64,000 bases of DNA from an uncultured bacterium (GTDB lineage Bacteria; CSSED10-310), in the NCBI GenBank assembly GCA_964512995.1, contig CAZELM010000009.1, forward strand, positions 21,510-85,509, in the 5' to 3' direction. Made by a program: the position numbers and the translations under genes. How positions within the stretch are numbered: position 1 is the first letter of the stretch; every line of letters begins with the position of its first letter. The notes under the pieces are model-generated. The model was not told where the DNA came from. It did no database searches and worked only from the letters and a program-made list of their open reading frames with translations. Shown here piece by piece: positions 30,877 to 41,142 of this stretch.

Positions 30877-30906
30877 TGTAACCCTGGTCCGTCCGGGAAT
30901 GTTACA
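30877..30906. promoter_or_regulatory. Inverted repeat TGTAAC-N18-GTTACA upstream of the ECF operon (ECF promoter or operator candidate)
   Basis: Perfect 6-bp inverted repeat, 28 nt upstream of the sigma ATG. Confidence 0.4.
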
Positions 30907-30956
30907 ACGGAGCGATTTTTTTTTGAAATGGAATATCGTGGGTACCGGAATGATAA

Positions 30957-31427
30957 TTACTGAGTATCTTTTTTCTTTTTCACTGCCAGCTCTTTGACTT
31001 TTTTTAGAATTCGGGCATCTTCCTGATGTTTGGGTTTATTAATGTTCTGCTTGATACAGATCAAGCTGTCGATATCGATCCAGTTCGCAGGGCTTTCGCC
31101 GTAGTGTCCTACGATTCTGGATTCCCATGCAGTTGAAAAAGAAAGGGGTTCGGCGTCAAGGAAAAGATCTATTCGGTTCGGTGCGATTCCAAGTTGTGTG
31201 ATTTCTCTTGGTTTTGTGTGATCCAGTAATAAGGGGCTGCCGAACTCCAACAGCGCCAGATTGGCTTTGGAGACATTTTTTTCTTCGGGATCGATCCATA
31301 AATCCATATCCTTCGTATATCGGGGTTTCGCATGATAGATGAAAGCCAGACCGCCAATGATGAGATAACGTACTTTATGTTGGAAGAACAAGGTTAAGAG
31401 ATCCTCAAAGTCTTGAATTGTTTCCAT
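30957..31427 (-). CDS. Minimal nucleotidyltransferase (DUF6036/AbiEii-like), copy B
   Basis: IGGLAF...PRYTKDMDLW; RIDL; KPKHQED; homologous to copy A. Confidence 0.85.
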   Translation of the reverse strand: METIQDFEDLLTLFFQHKVRYLIIGGLAFIYHAKPRYTKDMDLWIDPEEKNVSKANLALLEFGSPLLLDHTKPREITQLGIAPNRIDLFLDAEPLSFSTAWESRIVGHYGESPANWIDIDSLICIKQNINKPKHQEDARILKKVKELAVKKKKDTQ

Positions 31428-31617
31428 GCAGCGTCCTTTTCTTGGCGTTATTGACCGTTTGTACATCCTTGTGAATGTGAACCAGCGCTGATAAGCGGTC
31501 TTCGGGTGAAAGTGACTGCCAGAACATTAAGTCCCAAAGTTCCGCATCATCGTGATCTTCGGTGCAGTGAGCAACCATTTTTTTCTTTCTCAAGCGGGAG
31601 CGTTCTTCTAGATCCAT
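31405..31617 (-). CDS. Small partner protein of nucleotidyltransferase B
   Basis: FWQSLSPEDRLSAL matches the W-x-S-x-S-x-x-[ED]R pattern of partner A; overlaps the NTase start. Confidence 0.65.
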   Translation of the reverse strand: MDLEERSRLRKKKMVAHCTEDHDDAELWDLMFWQSLSPEDRLSALVHIHKDVQTVNNAKKRTLHGNNSRL

Positions 31618-31859
31618 GCGTTTTCCTCTCCAATTTTTTTGCCATTTCACGACCATTGATTGTTATCCATTATGCAATTTTTCTGCTGAAAAGGTCCATT
31701 ATCTTTTGCGGCAGCTTCTCTTTTGTTAAAAAAAATGTATCTCAAAACAGAGATCTGTGCAATGAGTTTTAAGATTAACACTACTATTCATTATGGGATG
31801 ACGATTCTCTGTTCCTCTCCCCTGCCATTTTCCTGCTCATATCGTAGGTGTTGACAAAA

Positions 31860-31909
31860 ACCGGTGAGTATGATTAATGACTCACTGGTCATTATTAAGA
31901 CCGATGAGT
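31860..31909. promoter_or_regulatory. Probable TetR operator (three alternating half-sites)
   Basis: ACCGGTGAGT-N10-ACTCACTGGTC-N8-GACCGATGAGT next to TTGACA at 31851. Confidence 0.6.
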
Positions 31910-31929
31910 TTTATTATCAGGAGTTGCCG

Positions 31930-32550
31930 ATGAATGATTCACGAGAAGAACGTAAAGCCAAGTGGGATGCCATCAAACAGCAAGGCATCGTGAATGCGAC
32001 TGTCCGAGTGATCACCCGAGAAGGATTTCAGGGATTGACCATGGCCAAAGTCGCGCAGGAAGCGGGAGTTGCCAAAGCCACATTATATCTGTATTTCAAT
32101 GATAAAAACGATCTGTTGGACTCTGTGTGGCGAGCCGGTGTAGCGCCGATCATGGATGAAGTCGAATCGATTCTGACCAGTGACCTGTCCCCTCCACGGA
32201 TTCTTCAATTGATCACCTTGCGTCATCTGAATTATTTCGAGGAAAATAAAGACTTTTTCCGGTTTGTTCATTCCGAACGACTGAAATATCATGGGGAATG
32301 CGATCGGTATCAGGACATGGAGTATCAGCGGCTGGTCGATCAGGTGGCTCATGTGATCGAGCGTGGCATTCGAACCGGCTGCTTCAAGGAAGTCAACACC
32401 CGAAAATTCGCCACGATGTTTATCGAATCCAATATCGCACTGATCAATTTTCGTATTTTGAGCGGTGATCAGAGTCCATTTGAGGAAGACGGTCATTTGT
32501 TTACCGATATATTCCTCTATGGAATTGCCCGGGAGGCAAAAACAGGATGA
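31930..32550 (+). CDS. TetR/AcrR family transcriptional regulator
   Basis: TMAKVAQEAGVAKATLYLYF HTH; CAGGAG RBS before ATG 31930. Confidence 0.93.
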   Translation: MNDSREERKAKWDAIKQQGIVNATVRVITREGFQGLTMAKVAQEAGVAKATLYLYFNDKNDLLDSVWRAGVAPIMDEVESILTSDLSPPRILQLITLRHLNYFEENKDFFRFVHSERLKYHGECDRYQDMEYQRLVDQVAHVIERGIRTGCFKEVNTRKFATMFIESNIALINFRILSGDQSPFEEDGHLFTDIFLYGIAREAKTG

Positions 32551-33953
32551 AACACTATTTGCACGGATTTTTTATGCACCTCATCGTGTTGTTTCTGTGG
32601 AGTTTGGGACAGTGGACTCCATCAACTTCCGCTCAGAATCCGGACTCACAGACAGTGATCACTGGGGAGTTATCTCTGGAAGATACAGTGAAGCTGACGC
32701 TGAACTACAATCGTGCTCTCCAGACCGTGATGCAGGAAAAAGAAGTGGCCAAAGGGCAAATCTGGGAAGCGTATGGGTACGCATTCCCCCATATCAGTGT
32801 GGACGGCTCCTATACCCGATTGGATGATGTCAGCAGCTTCCAGATAGACGATCAGGTTATCTCAATGGGTTCTTTGGACAATTACTCCTCCAACCTGAAA
32901 ATTGTCCAGCCGGTTTATCATGGGGGAGCGATCAAGGCGGGTGTGAGCGCTGCAAAAATTTATCGGGAGTTGGCGGATGAGAACATCCGGAATGCCGTTC
33001 AGAATGTAGTGTATCAGGCAACTCGAGCCTACTATCAGGTCGTTCTGGCCGAAAAGCAGCATGAAGTTCAGAAGGAGTTTCAATCGTTGGCTGAGCAGCA
33101 TCTGAAGGATGTCGAAGCGCGGCGGAAATACGGTGTTGCATCGGAGTTCAATGTGCTTCGGGCTGAAGTAGAGCGATCCAATGCCAATGCGCAATCGATC
33201 GCTTATATGAATCAAATGCATCAGGCTCGGCATCAGTTACTGAAGACAATGGGAGTATCTCAGGACAGCACGATCCAGTTGATGGATGTTCTGGAGTACA
33301 CATCTTCAGAGATAACTGAGAACGAGGCACTGGAAAGAGCAATGGCACACCGCGCGGATATCTCCGGTTCGGATCTGAAAGTCCGTTTACAGCGTGAATC
33401 ATTGGCTAATGCCCGCAGTGCTTACTGGCCGAGTGTCGATGCGTATTACAATTTCAATGTATCCAAACCGGAGTCGCAATCCGCTTCCATTAATGAGTGG
33501 GGCACGGCCTGGCAGGCGGGTCTCACGGTCCGGTTCGATATCTTCACCATGAATCGTACGGGCAGAATCGTTCAGGAGAAAGCCCGTCTGAATCAGCAGT
33601 CCATCAGCCGGATGGATGTCCGGGAGCAGGTTGTGTTCGAGGTAAGGAGCGCGCTCAGTGCATTGCAGGATGCGGATCAGTTCGTCAAAGCACAGGAACT
33701 GACTGTTGATCAGGCCAATGAAGGGCTGCGGCTGGCGGAAGTTGGGTATCGCGAAGGAACTTTGGATCAGGTGTCGGTGATGGAAGCCCGGGCAGCGCTC
33801 CATCAGGCAAGGCTTCTGTATTGGAACAGCCTTTTCAACCATCAGATGGCTCGATTGGAGCTTCAGCGAGCCATCGGGCTGTTGCCTGCTTTACCGGTCG
33901 ATCAAACCAACGGGGCGGCTCCCATACCCGATCCGAAAACAGGAGAACAGTGA
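32547..33953 (+). CDS. TolC-family outer membrane efflux protein
   Basis: Signal peptide, two OEP repeats, YREG...QVSVMEAR. Confidence 0.92.
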   Translation: MKHYLHGFFMHLIVLFLWSLGQWTPSTSAQNPDSQTVITGELSLEDTVKLTLNYNRALQTVMQEKEVAKGQIWEAYGYAFPHISVDGSYTRLDDVSSFQIDDQVISMGSLDNYSSNLKIVQPVYHGGAIKAGVSAAKIYRELADENIRNAVQNVVYQATRAYYQVVLAEKQHEVQKEFQSLAEQHLKDVEARRKYGVASEFNVLRAEVERSNANAQSIAYMNQMHQARHQLLKTMGVSQDSTIQLMDVLEYTSSEITENEALERAMAHRADISGSDLKVRLQRESLANARSAYWPSVDAYYNFNVSKPESQSASINEWGTAWQAGLTVRFDIFTMNRTGRIVQEKARLNQQSISRMDVREQVVFEVRSALSALQDADQFVKAQELTVDQANEGLRLAEVGYREGTLDQVSVMEARAALHQARLLYWNSLFNHQMARLELQRAIGLLPALPVDQTNGAAPIPDPKTGEQ

Positions 33954-33954
33954 T

Positions 33955-36900
33955 ATGTGGCTATCTGATATATCGATCCGGCGTCCCGTCACGACGCTGA
34001 CCATCATGGCCGCCATCATCATATTTGGATGGCTGGGTTTCAGACATATGGGTATGGATCTCATGCCGGAGGTGGACTTCCCCATCGTTACGGTTCAGAC
34101 AACGTTACTCGGTGCGAGCCCGGAAGTCATGGATCAGGATGTGACGGATGTACTGGAACAGCAGATCAATACGATCAGTGGTCTTCGGACATTGCAATCT
34201 CAAAGTTACGAGGGTTTTTCACAGATCGTTGCGGAGTTCGAGTTGTCGAAAGATGTCGATGTCGCCGCCAATGAGGTTCGGGATAAGGTCAATCTGGCAA
34301 AAACAGAATTGCCAAGTGATATTGATGAACCACTCGTTGATAAATTCGATCTGGGTTCCATGCCCGTGATGTGGGTATCGGTGTCGAGTACCGGGAATTA
34401 TCGGACTCTGGCGGAATTTGCCGAAAAATTCGTCAAGGAACGCCTTCAATCTGTCATGGGAGTCGGTAACATCGAGGTGAGTGGATTGCGGGAGCGGGAG
34501 ATCCGGGTTTGGCTCGATCCGGACCGCATGCAGGCTCGCAATCTCACCGCTCAGGATATTATGGCCGCGATTCAGCTCAAGCACATCGAACTTCCCGGTG
34601 GCCGGATCGAAACTGACGCTCAGGAATACACGATCAAAGTTCAGGGAGAGTTTGATTCCGTTGACGCATTTTCCAATCTCGTTATCACTGAGCATGATGG
34701 CGCAGTCACGTATCTGAAAGATGTGGCGCGCATCGATGACTCTTCGGAAGATCTGCGCAGTATCGCCAAATACAATGGTAAACCGACTATTGGTCTGGGT
34801 ATCCGGAAGCAGTCTGGTGCTAACTCGATCGCAGTTGCCCGGAGCATCAGAACGCAACTGACTGAACTTCAGAAATACGCTCCACCGAACACGACGATCG
34901 AGGTTGCCTATGATACGACCAAATTTATCGAGCAATCGATGGATGGCGTTCAGGAAGATATCATTTTCGGTATCATACTGACTGCGATCATCATGTATAT
35001 CTTTCTGCGGGAAATCCGGATCACGTTCATCAGCATTCTGTCGATACCGATCTCGCTGATCGGGGGATTCATCGCCATGAATGCCATGGATTTCACGGTG
35101 AACAATCTTACGATGCTGGCGATGTCTCTGGCAGTCGGGCTGGTGATCGATGATACCATCGTCGTTCTCGAGAATATCTTCAGACATGTCGAGAACGGCA
35201 AAAATCGAAAAGAAGCCTCCAGTATCGGTGCATCGGAGGTTACACTGGCGGTTATTGCATCCACATCATCGATTGCGGCCGTCTTCATTCCCGTTGCCTT
35301 TATGAAAGGGGTCATTGGCCGGTTTTTCTTCCAGTTCGGTCTGACCGTCGCTTTGACAGTGGTCATATCGGCATTGGTATCATTGACATTGACACCGTTC
35401 ATGTGTTCCCGGCTGGTCCGTCATCAAAAATCACACGGCCGGTTTTATAATTTTTTCGAGAATTTTTTTACCGGAATGGAGCGATTTTATTCCGGAATAC
35501 TCAGGTATGCCGTTCATCACCGGGTGTTGATGGTCGCGCTGGCTATCCTGTTTTTTATCTCCGCTTTTGCCATATTGCCTTTTATTGGCAAGGAGTTCAT
35601 GACATCCGCGGATGAGAGTCGTTTCAATATCAGCCTGGAGATGCCAACCGGAACATCATTGAAACAGACCGGAGAACGGGTCCTGGATATGGAAAAAGTG
35701 CTGGAGGTCATGCCGGAGGTCGAAAACTTCATGACGTCGATCGGTTCCAGCAGCGGCGGCATGGTGAACAAGGGGAACATCATTGTCAATCTGGTGCCCA
35801 AAAAAGCACGGACGCTCAGCCAGAACGATCTCATGCAACAGGTCCGTGACGCATATTCGAAGTATACGGATATGATATTTTCCGTTGGACAGGTTAACGA
35901 AATGGCCGGTGGCCGTGGAGCGGATGTCGAATTCATCATCCAGGGACCCGGTGTGGAGCAGTTGGATCAGGTTTCGTCGAATATTGTCCATACACTTAAA
36001 ATGGACCCCCGCTTTATCGATGTGGATACGGATATCCGATTGAACAAACCGGATATCAAGGTGCATGTCAACCGGCATCTGGCGGATGATCTGGGAGTGG
36101 ATGTCCGCTCCATCTCCAACGAAATCTATGCGCTGTTCGGCGGTATTTCGATTGCGAAGTATAAGGAAGGTGGTTATCGATATGATATCGGGGTTCGTGC
36201 ATTGCCGGAATTTCGGAAAACACCATCCGATCTGGAAAAAATAAGCATCAGAAATCGACGCGGCGAATTGATCAAAGCACCGAATCTGATCACGTATGAA
36301 GTCAGCCGGGGTCCGAATGCGGTAAACCGGTACAATCGGCGACTGGCTGTAACGTTGTTATCCAATCTTAAGGGAATTCAGGCCGGAGAAGCGATCACGA
36401 CCATCGAAGAAATCGCAGACCGGTTGTTGCCCAAAGATGGGAAGTGGAATATTCAGCCCAGTGGTATGAGTAAGATTTTTCTGGAGTCTTTCCAGTATCT
36501 GACCGAAGCGCTGCTCCTTTCGATTCTGGTTATCTACATGGTTCTGGCCATTCAATTCGAATCATTCATCCATCCATTCACGATCATGATCTCGCTGCCA
36601 TTGACAATGATCGGAGTGTTTGGCGCTCTGTTGCTGACCGGCGAAACACTCAATATTTTCTCATTTATCGGAATCATCATGCTGATGGGAATTGTGACAA
36701 AGAATGGAATATTGCTGGTTGATTTTGCCAATCAGGCCAGAGAACTGGGAGTCTCCAAAGTCGATGCGATTCTTCAGGCTGGCCAGTTGCGCTTGCGTCC
36801 CATTCTGATGACGGCAGCCTCGACTGCCATCGGCGTTGTTCCGGTAGCATTGGCTTTGAGTGAAGGCGGAGAGATGCGGGCACCCATGGCCATAGCAGTC

Positions 36901-37062
36901 ATCGGTGGTATCACAACATCCACTCTTCTGACTCTCTTAATCATCCCGGTGATTTATCTCGTCAATGAGGATCTGTCCGAACGTTTCATTCGATTGATTT
37001 ATGCCATTCGTGCCCTTTTCGGTAAGCATGAGATGGTTGTATCACAGGAGAATAAACAATGA
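33955..37062 (+). CDS. RND efflux permease (AcrB/HAE1 family)
   Basis: SIRRPV, VIDDTIVVLEN, TKNGILLVD, RLRPILMT. Confidence 0.95.
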   Translation: MWLSDISIRRPVTTLTIMAAIIIFGWLGFRHMGMDLMPEVDFPIVTVQTTLLGASPEVMDQDVTDVLEQQINTISGLRTLQSQSYEGFSQIVAEFELSKDVDVAANEVRDKVNLAKTELPSDIDEPLVDKFDLGSMPVMWVSVSSTGNYRTLAEFAEKFVKERLQSVMGVGNIEVSGLREREIRVWLDPDRMQARNLTAQDIMAAIQLKHIELPGGRIETDAQEYTIKVQGEFDSVDAFSNLVITEHDGAVTYLKDVARIDDSSEDLRSIAKYNGKPTIGLGIRKQSGANSIAVARSIRTQLTELQKYAPPNTTIEVAYDTTKFIEQSMDGVQEDIIFGIILTAIIMYIFLREIRITFISILSIPISLIGGFIAMNAMDFTVNNLTMLAMSLAVGLVIDDTIVVLENIFRHVENGKNRKEASSIGASEVTLAVIASTSSIAAVFIPVAFMKGVIGRFFFQFGLTVALTVVISALVSLTLTPFMCSRLVRHQKSHGRFYNFFENFFTGMERFYSGILRYAVHHRVLMVALAILFFISAFAILPFIGKEFMTSADESRFNISLEMPTGTSLKQTGERVLDMEKVLEVMPEVENFMTSIGSSSGGMVNKGNIIVNLVPKKARTLSQNDLMQQVRDAYSKYTDMIFSVGQVNEMAGGRGADVEFIIQGPGVEQLDQVSSNIVHTLKMDPRFIDVDTDIRLNKPDIKVHVNRHLADDLGVDVRSISNEIYALFGGISIAKYKEGGYRYDIGVRALPEFRKTPSDLEKISIRNRRGELIKAPNLITYEVSRGPNAVNRYNRRLAVTLLSNLKGIQAGEAITTIEEIADRLLPKDGKWNIQPSGMSKIFLESFQYLTEALLLSILVIYMVLAIQFESFIHPFTIMISLPLTMIGVFGALLLTGETLNIFSFIGIIMLMGIVTKNGILLVDFANQARELGVSKVDAILQAGQLRLRPILMTAASTAIGVVPVALALSEGGEMRAPMAIAVIGGITTSTLLTLLIIPVIYLVNEDLSERFIRLIYAIRALFGKHEMVVSQENKQ

Positions 37063-38147
37063 AGTGTGTGATCAAAAACAGTATTTTTATCAGCATCATC
37101 ATTACTGCTCTATCATTCGTGGCTTGTAGTCAGAATGTGGCAGTGGAAAGTCAGGAACCCGAAACCAGGTCGATGGTCAATACTGTGAAAACTGAAGAAG
37201 TCCAGATTCGTGATTTCAATCCGGTTTACGAGACAACCGGCTCTCTGATGGCACACATTCAGACTCAACTCAAAGTGCAGGTGGGTGGTGAAATCGAAAT
37301 GCTCCCCGCCGAAATCGGTTCGAATGTTAAAAAAGGAGATGTCCTCGTGCAGATCCGGAGAGTGCATTATGAACTGGCATTGAAACAGGCTGAAGCGAAC
37401 CTGCAGCAGGCTCGGGTGGTCTTGAAAGATCGCGAACGGGAAAAAGCGCGGATGACCAACTTGTTCGGGGAGGGGTTTGCCACCGAACAAATGCGGGACC
37501 AATCGGTTACCGGCTATGAACAGGCACTCGCCGCTTTCCAGCAGGCGCAGGCTGTCCGGGATACTGCTTCTCAGGCTGTTAAGGATACCACCATTGTTGC
37601 GCCGTACGATGGCGTGGTTACTGGGCGTTATGTCGATCTGGGAGGCTATGTCGGACAAGGTGGGGAAGTTCTGGATATGATGGATCTGTCTGTTCTTAAT
37701 GCGGAGATTGAGATCCCGGAGCGGTATGCTGGTCAGATTGCGTCCGGGATACCTGTCATTGTAAAAATTTCGTCACGGAACGAGGAACGCTCCGGTGAAA
37801 TCCGCGCTGTCAATCCCCGCATCGAGTCAGCGTCCCGTACGTTTTTAGTTAAAGTCGAAGTCCCCAATCCCGATTTGTCGCTGCAATCCGGATTGTTCTG
37901 TACGGTTACGATTCCACTGCCCGAACAGAAAAACCAGATCGCCATTTCCAGATATGCGGTGATCCGGGATGAAGGGCGGTCCAAAGTCTGGGTAGTTGAA
38001 AACGGTAAAGCGTATCAACGGGTTATCACGGAGGGCCCGGCATTGGATGGATATGTGATGATCACTGATGGTCTGAAGCGAACGGATCGGGTTGTTGTGG
38101 ATGGCATGGGCGGTCTCAGTGAAGGAGCTGATGTTTCTGAGACATGA
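37059..38147 (+). CDS. RND periplasmic adaptor (MFP)
   Basis: Lipobox FVAC, VKKGDVL lipoyl half, APYDGVV, helical hairpin. Confidence 0.93.
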   Translation: MKCVIKNSIFISIIITALSFVACSQNVAVESQEPETRSMVNTVKTEEVQIRDFNPVYETTGSLMAHIQTQLKVQVGGEIEMLPAEIGSNVKKGDVLVQIRRVHYELALKQAEANLQQARVVLKDREREKARMTNLFGEGFATEQMRDQSVTGYEQALAAFQQAQAVRDTASQAVKDTTIVAPYDGVVTGRYVDLGGYVGQGGEVLDMMDLSVLNAEIEIPERYAGQIASGIPVIVKISSRNEERSGEIRAVNPRIESASRTFLVKVEVPNPDLSLQSGLFCTVTIPLPEQKNQIAISRYAVIRDEGRSKVWVVENGKAYQRVITEGPALDGYVMITDGLKRTDRVVVDGMGGLSEGADVSET

Positions 38148-38607
38148 TCTCATGTGGCTGAGGTGTATCATTTTGGATCCATAAAAGAGTAACTTCCATT
38201 TCGAGAAGATCAAGAATGTGGAAGTAGTGTCAATGTTTCGAGAAGATAAAACTGAACACAAAGCAGGCAAAGATTCCCCTTGAGTTGACATATTGATGCT
38301 GAAATCAGGTGATTCTCACCTTAATGGATGTCTAAACGTGGTATAGACATAACAAATCCAGAAATATTTCGAATTAATAGAGATGGTTTCCCAATGGCTT
38401 GGGATTTCATTCTGGATCATCCTGGAATCGCAGCTATAAATAAGGTATTTGCCGAAAAATCCCGAACAGATCCTCTTTTCTCATGAGAGAGTGAAAGGGT
38501 ATCTCTTTCTTCCTATAGATTGCAAATGCCATCATCCGTGTATGATATTTTATTCATTTGTAAATTTGATCTTGCCGGATTAAGATTGTTTCCCGGTGGC
38601 ATAGAAA

Positions 38608-41142
38608 ATGGTCAATCTCAGAGGTTTTTATCCGATGAAATCCAGGTATGCACTGTGGAAGGTTGCGTTCGGAAGCGTTTTGTCTCTGCTTATCACCCCA
38701 TTTGTGTTCATGATACCGGTCTCCATCGAATCACTGGAACAGAAGCGAAAAGCGCAATGGTTTCATGCAATCGCTGTCGGGCTGATGGGAACCATCATTG
38801 AAGTTCTCATTATGTATTATCTGCCCGTTCCATGGTGGGTTTCATTGATCCTGATAGGATTGACCAACATATCCTGCGCAATATTGCTGTACACACTTTC
38901 TCCATCAAGGTCTTTTCATCAAGCGAATGCATCCGATGTTTCCTACATCCATGACATATTGGCCTGGTCATTATATACCATAATTGCATTCACACCCATT
39001 TCCGTTTTTATGGCCATGTTTTCAACTCGATGGGGTTTTCAGATTCTTTTAAAACCAACGTTTTACTCCTCGATCCTTTTGATTCTGCTGGTGATCTTTC
39101 TCCCGGCCGGAATGCTCTTCGGGATGATTTTTTCAAAAGTCAGAAGCTGGAATATGAAACCATCACCATTCGGTTTTTTTCTCGCGTTGCCGGTCATGAT
39201 GTTTTCATATCTTATCAGCTTTTTTTCGTTCTCCACGATCACCAAACACCTGTTAAAAATCGGTAAACTTTCCTGGAATATAGATGTTTCGTTTATTCCT
39301 GGAATCAACATGGGATTCTGTGTATCGTCTCTTGCCTTTTTTGCTGTATGTGTCGGGATATTTTTATTTCTCGTCATGAGCCGAAGTGTGCCGCATTTTT
39401 TCTTCCGGTCTTTCCTCACGATACTTATATTTGCTGGATTCATGTTCCAGCTATTTATGTTGAACACGATGTTACCATTGAATTTGCATAAAAAAACGGG
39501 TGAAAAGGCGGTAGGTGCACAGGACTGGGGGGGGGCCTCCCGTCATTTCAGTCAGATGATGAGGCAATCGACATGGAATCCGTTCGTGGATTCGATATTG
39601 GAGTCATGGGCATTATGTGCAGTGATGTCCGATGTTCCCGGACACTTTCAGACCATTCGTCAGTATGCCGATGACCTGCCGGCAACTTTCCCGGTATCTC
39701 CATTTCTGAGTGGTATCCGCTCCATGAAGTCCATCCCATCCATTTTTTCCAAACCGGTAATCACGACACTGACACCGATCCGTCCCGAATCCTATCTGGA
39801 CGATGCCTGGTGTTCATTTCTGACTGCCGTCAAGCATACCTGTCCAGAATTGAACGAAACGCAGTTGAAATTCACGTTAAAGGATATGTCTCCGGTGATC
39901 GGCAACATCGAACTTCCCAAAATGAAAATGGAAGCTGATATTCTGCCTGCGGCTGACGTTTTTGATCTGGAACCTGTTTTTATTCCGGGTGAGGATATCC
40001 CTGATGCAATCACGCAGGGATTTCCGGTCATGTCATTTGATATTTCCAATCAGCACTGGATTCTGGTTGTTGGATGGGAGCCGAACAGCGAATCCGTCAT
40101 CATGTTCGATTACAGTGGATTCGACAGGGAACGAATCCGACCCATGAGTAAAGAAGATGTTAATGCCCTGATCGATGGTTCGGAAGCAGACTTGTATCAG
40201 GATACCGAAGAGATCTTGCAGGAGATCATTCATCTGGAATATTTCCCTCAATTTCTGGATCGGCTTCGTCTGAACAACAATTGGGCGATCATTTTTCAAC
40301 GCCGGGATCGCCCGGTGCTCCTGGATCAGATTCATTCGTTGGATCGGGATTCCATTGTGGATATGTGTCTGGCGCGCTACTCCCTGATGAATGGGCAACT
40401 GACGAAATGTAATGACATTTTGGATGAACACTCAACCGAACCCTGGGCTTGTTCGCTCCGTGCACTGGCAGATGCGTTTATCCAACAGGAGTGGCCAATC
40501 GCACTGGATACACCGGCAGCCGATATCGATTCGGGCAAAGTCGCTTCGGATTTGGATATTGAAACTTTGGATGTGTGGTCACTCCATTTCATCATCACGT
40601 ATACGCCGGAGAATTTTCAATTTACGAAGAAGCAATACTTTCAGATTTTCAATCGGCTTTTTACGTTGAATCTTCTGTCGAATACATTTCTGGATTCTTA
40701 TCTGTTGGTGGCGAGTTGGTTTGGAGATGAAACGGAAACATTGAAAGCCGCTGAATTATATGCCATCCAGAATCATTACTCCTATGGCGCAATCTACCAT
40801 GTATTGAAGGCAATCACATCAGTGCCTGTCATTTCGGAGTCGGGCATGAAGTCGCTTCAACACTATATCGATATGTGCGGATTATTCCTTTCCGATCCGT
40901 ATGATGCTCCGGATCTGATCCGGTATCGTGGGTTTTGTGCACCATACACGGCTGCTCGGGCGATTTTGGCAGACAACGACCAAGACCGGTTGACGTGGTG
41001 GCATCGGACGGTTGAACTGGATGGAAAGAATCCGGTTTACCTGGCCAGATATAAAGAACAACTCCAGATCATGAATCAAACGAAACGTGTTCCCGGTATT
41101 GATATCATGATCGATTATTTTCATAAGTCAGGAGTTGAATGA
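38608..41142 (+). CDS. Polytopic membrane protein with C39-like (papain-fold) domain and helical repeats
   Basis: About 8-9 N-terminal TM segments; DAWCSF...QGFPV...QHWILVVG...MFD pattern; helical C-terminus. Confidence 0.6.
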   Translation: MVNLRGFYPMKSRYALWKVAFGSVLSLLITPFVFMIPVSIESLEQKRKAQWFHAIAVGLMGTIIEVLIMYYLPVPWWVSLILIGLTNISCAILLYTLSPSRSFHQANASDVSYIHDILAWSLYTIIAFTPISVFMAMFSTRWGFQILLKPTFYSSILLILLVIFLPAGMLFGMIFSKVRSWNMKPSPFGFFLALPVMMFSYLISFFSFSTITKHLLKIGKLSWNIDVSFIPGINMGFCVSSLAFFAVCVGIFLFLVMSRSVPHFFFRSFLTILIFAGFMFQLFMLNTMLPLNLHKKTGEKAVGAQDWGGASRHFSQMMRQSTWNPFVDSILESWALCAVMSDVPGHFQTIRQYADDLPATFPVSPFLSGIRSMKSIPSIFSKPVITTLTPIRPESYLDDAWCSFLTAVKHTCPELNETQLKFTLKDMSPVIGNIELPKMKMEADILPAADVFDLEPVFIPGEDIPDAITQGFPVMSFDISNQHWILVVGWEPNSESVIMFDYSGFDRERIRPMSKEDVNALIDGSEADLYQDTEEILQEIIHLEYFPQFLDRLRLNNNWAIIFQRRDRPVLLDQIHSLDRDSIVDMCLARYSLMNGQLTKCNDILDEHSTEPWACSLRALADAFIQQEWPIALDTPAADIDSGKVASDLDIETLDVWSLHFIITYTPENFQFTKKQYFQIFNRLFTLNLLSNTFLDSYLLVASWFGDETETLKAAELYAIQNHYSYGAIYHVLKAITSVPVISESGMKSLQHYIDMCGLFLSDPYDAPDLIRYRGFCAPYTAARAILADNDQDRLTWWHRTVELDGKNPVYLARYKEQLQIMNQTKRVPGIDIMIDYFHKSGVE

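Noticed and set aside
34219-35187. 322-aa minus-strand ORF
   Set aside because: Antisense shadow of the RND permease
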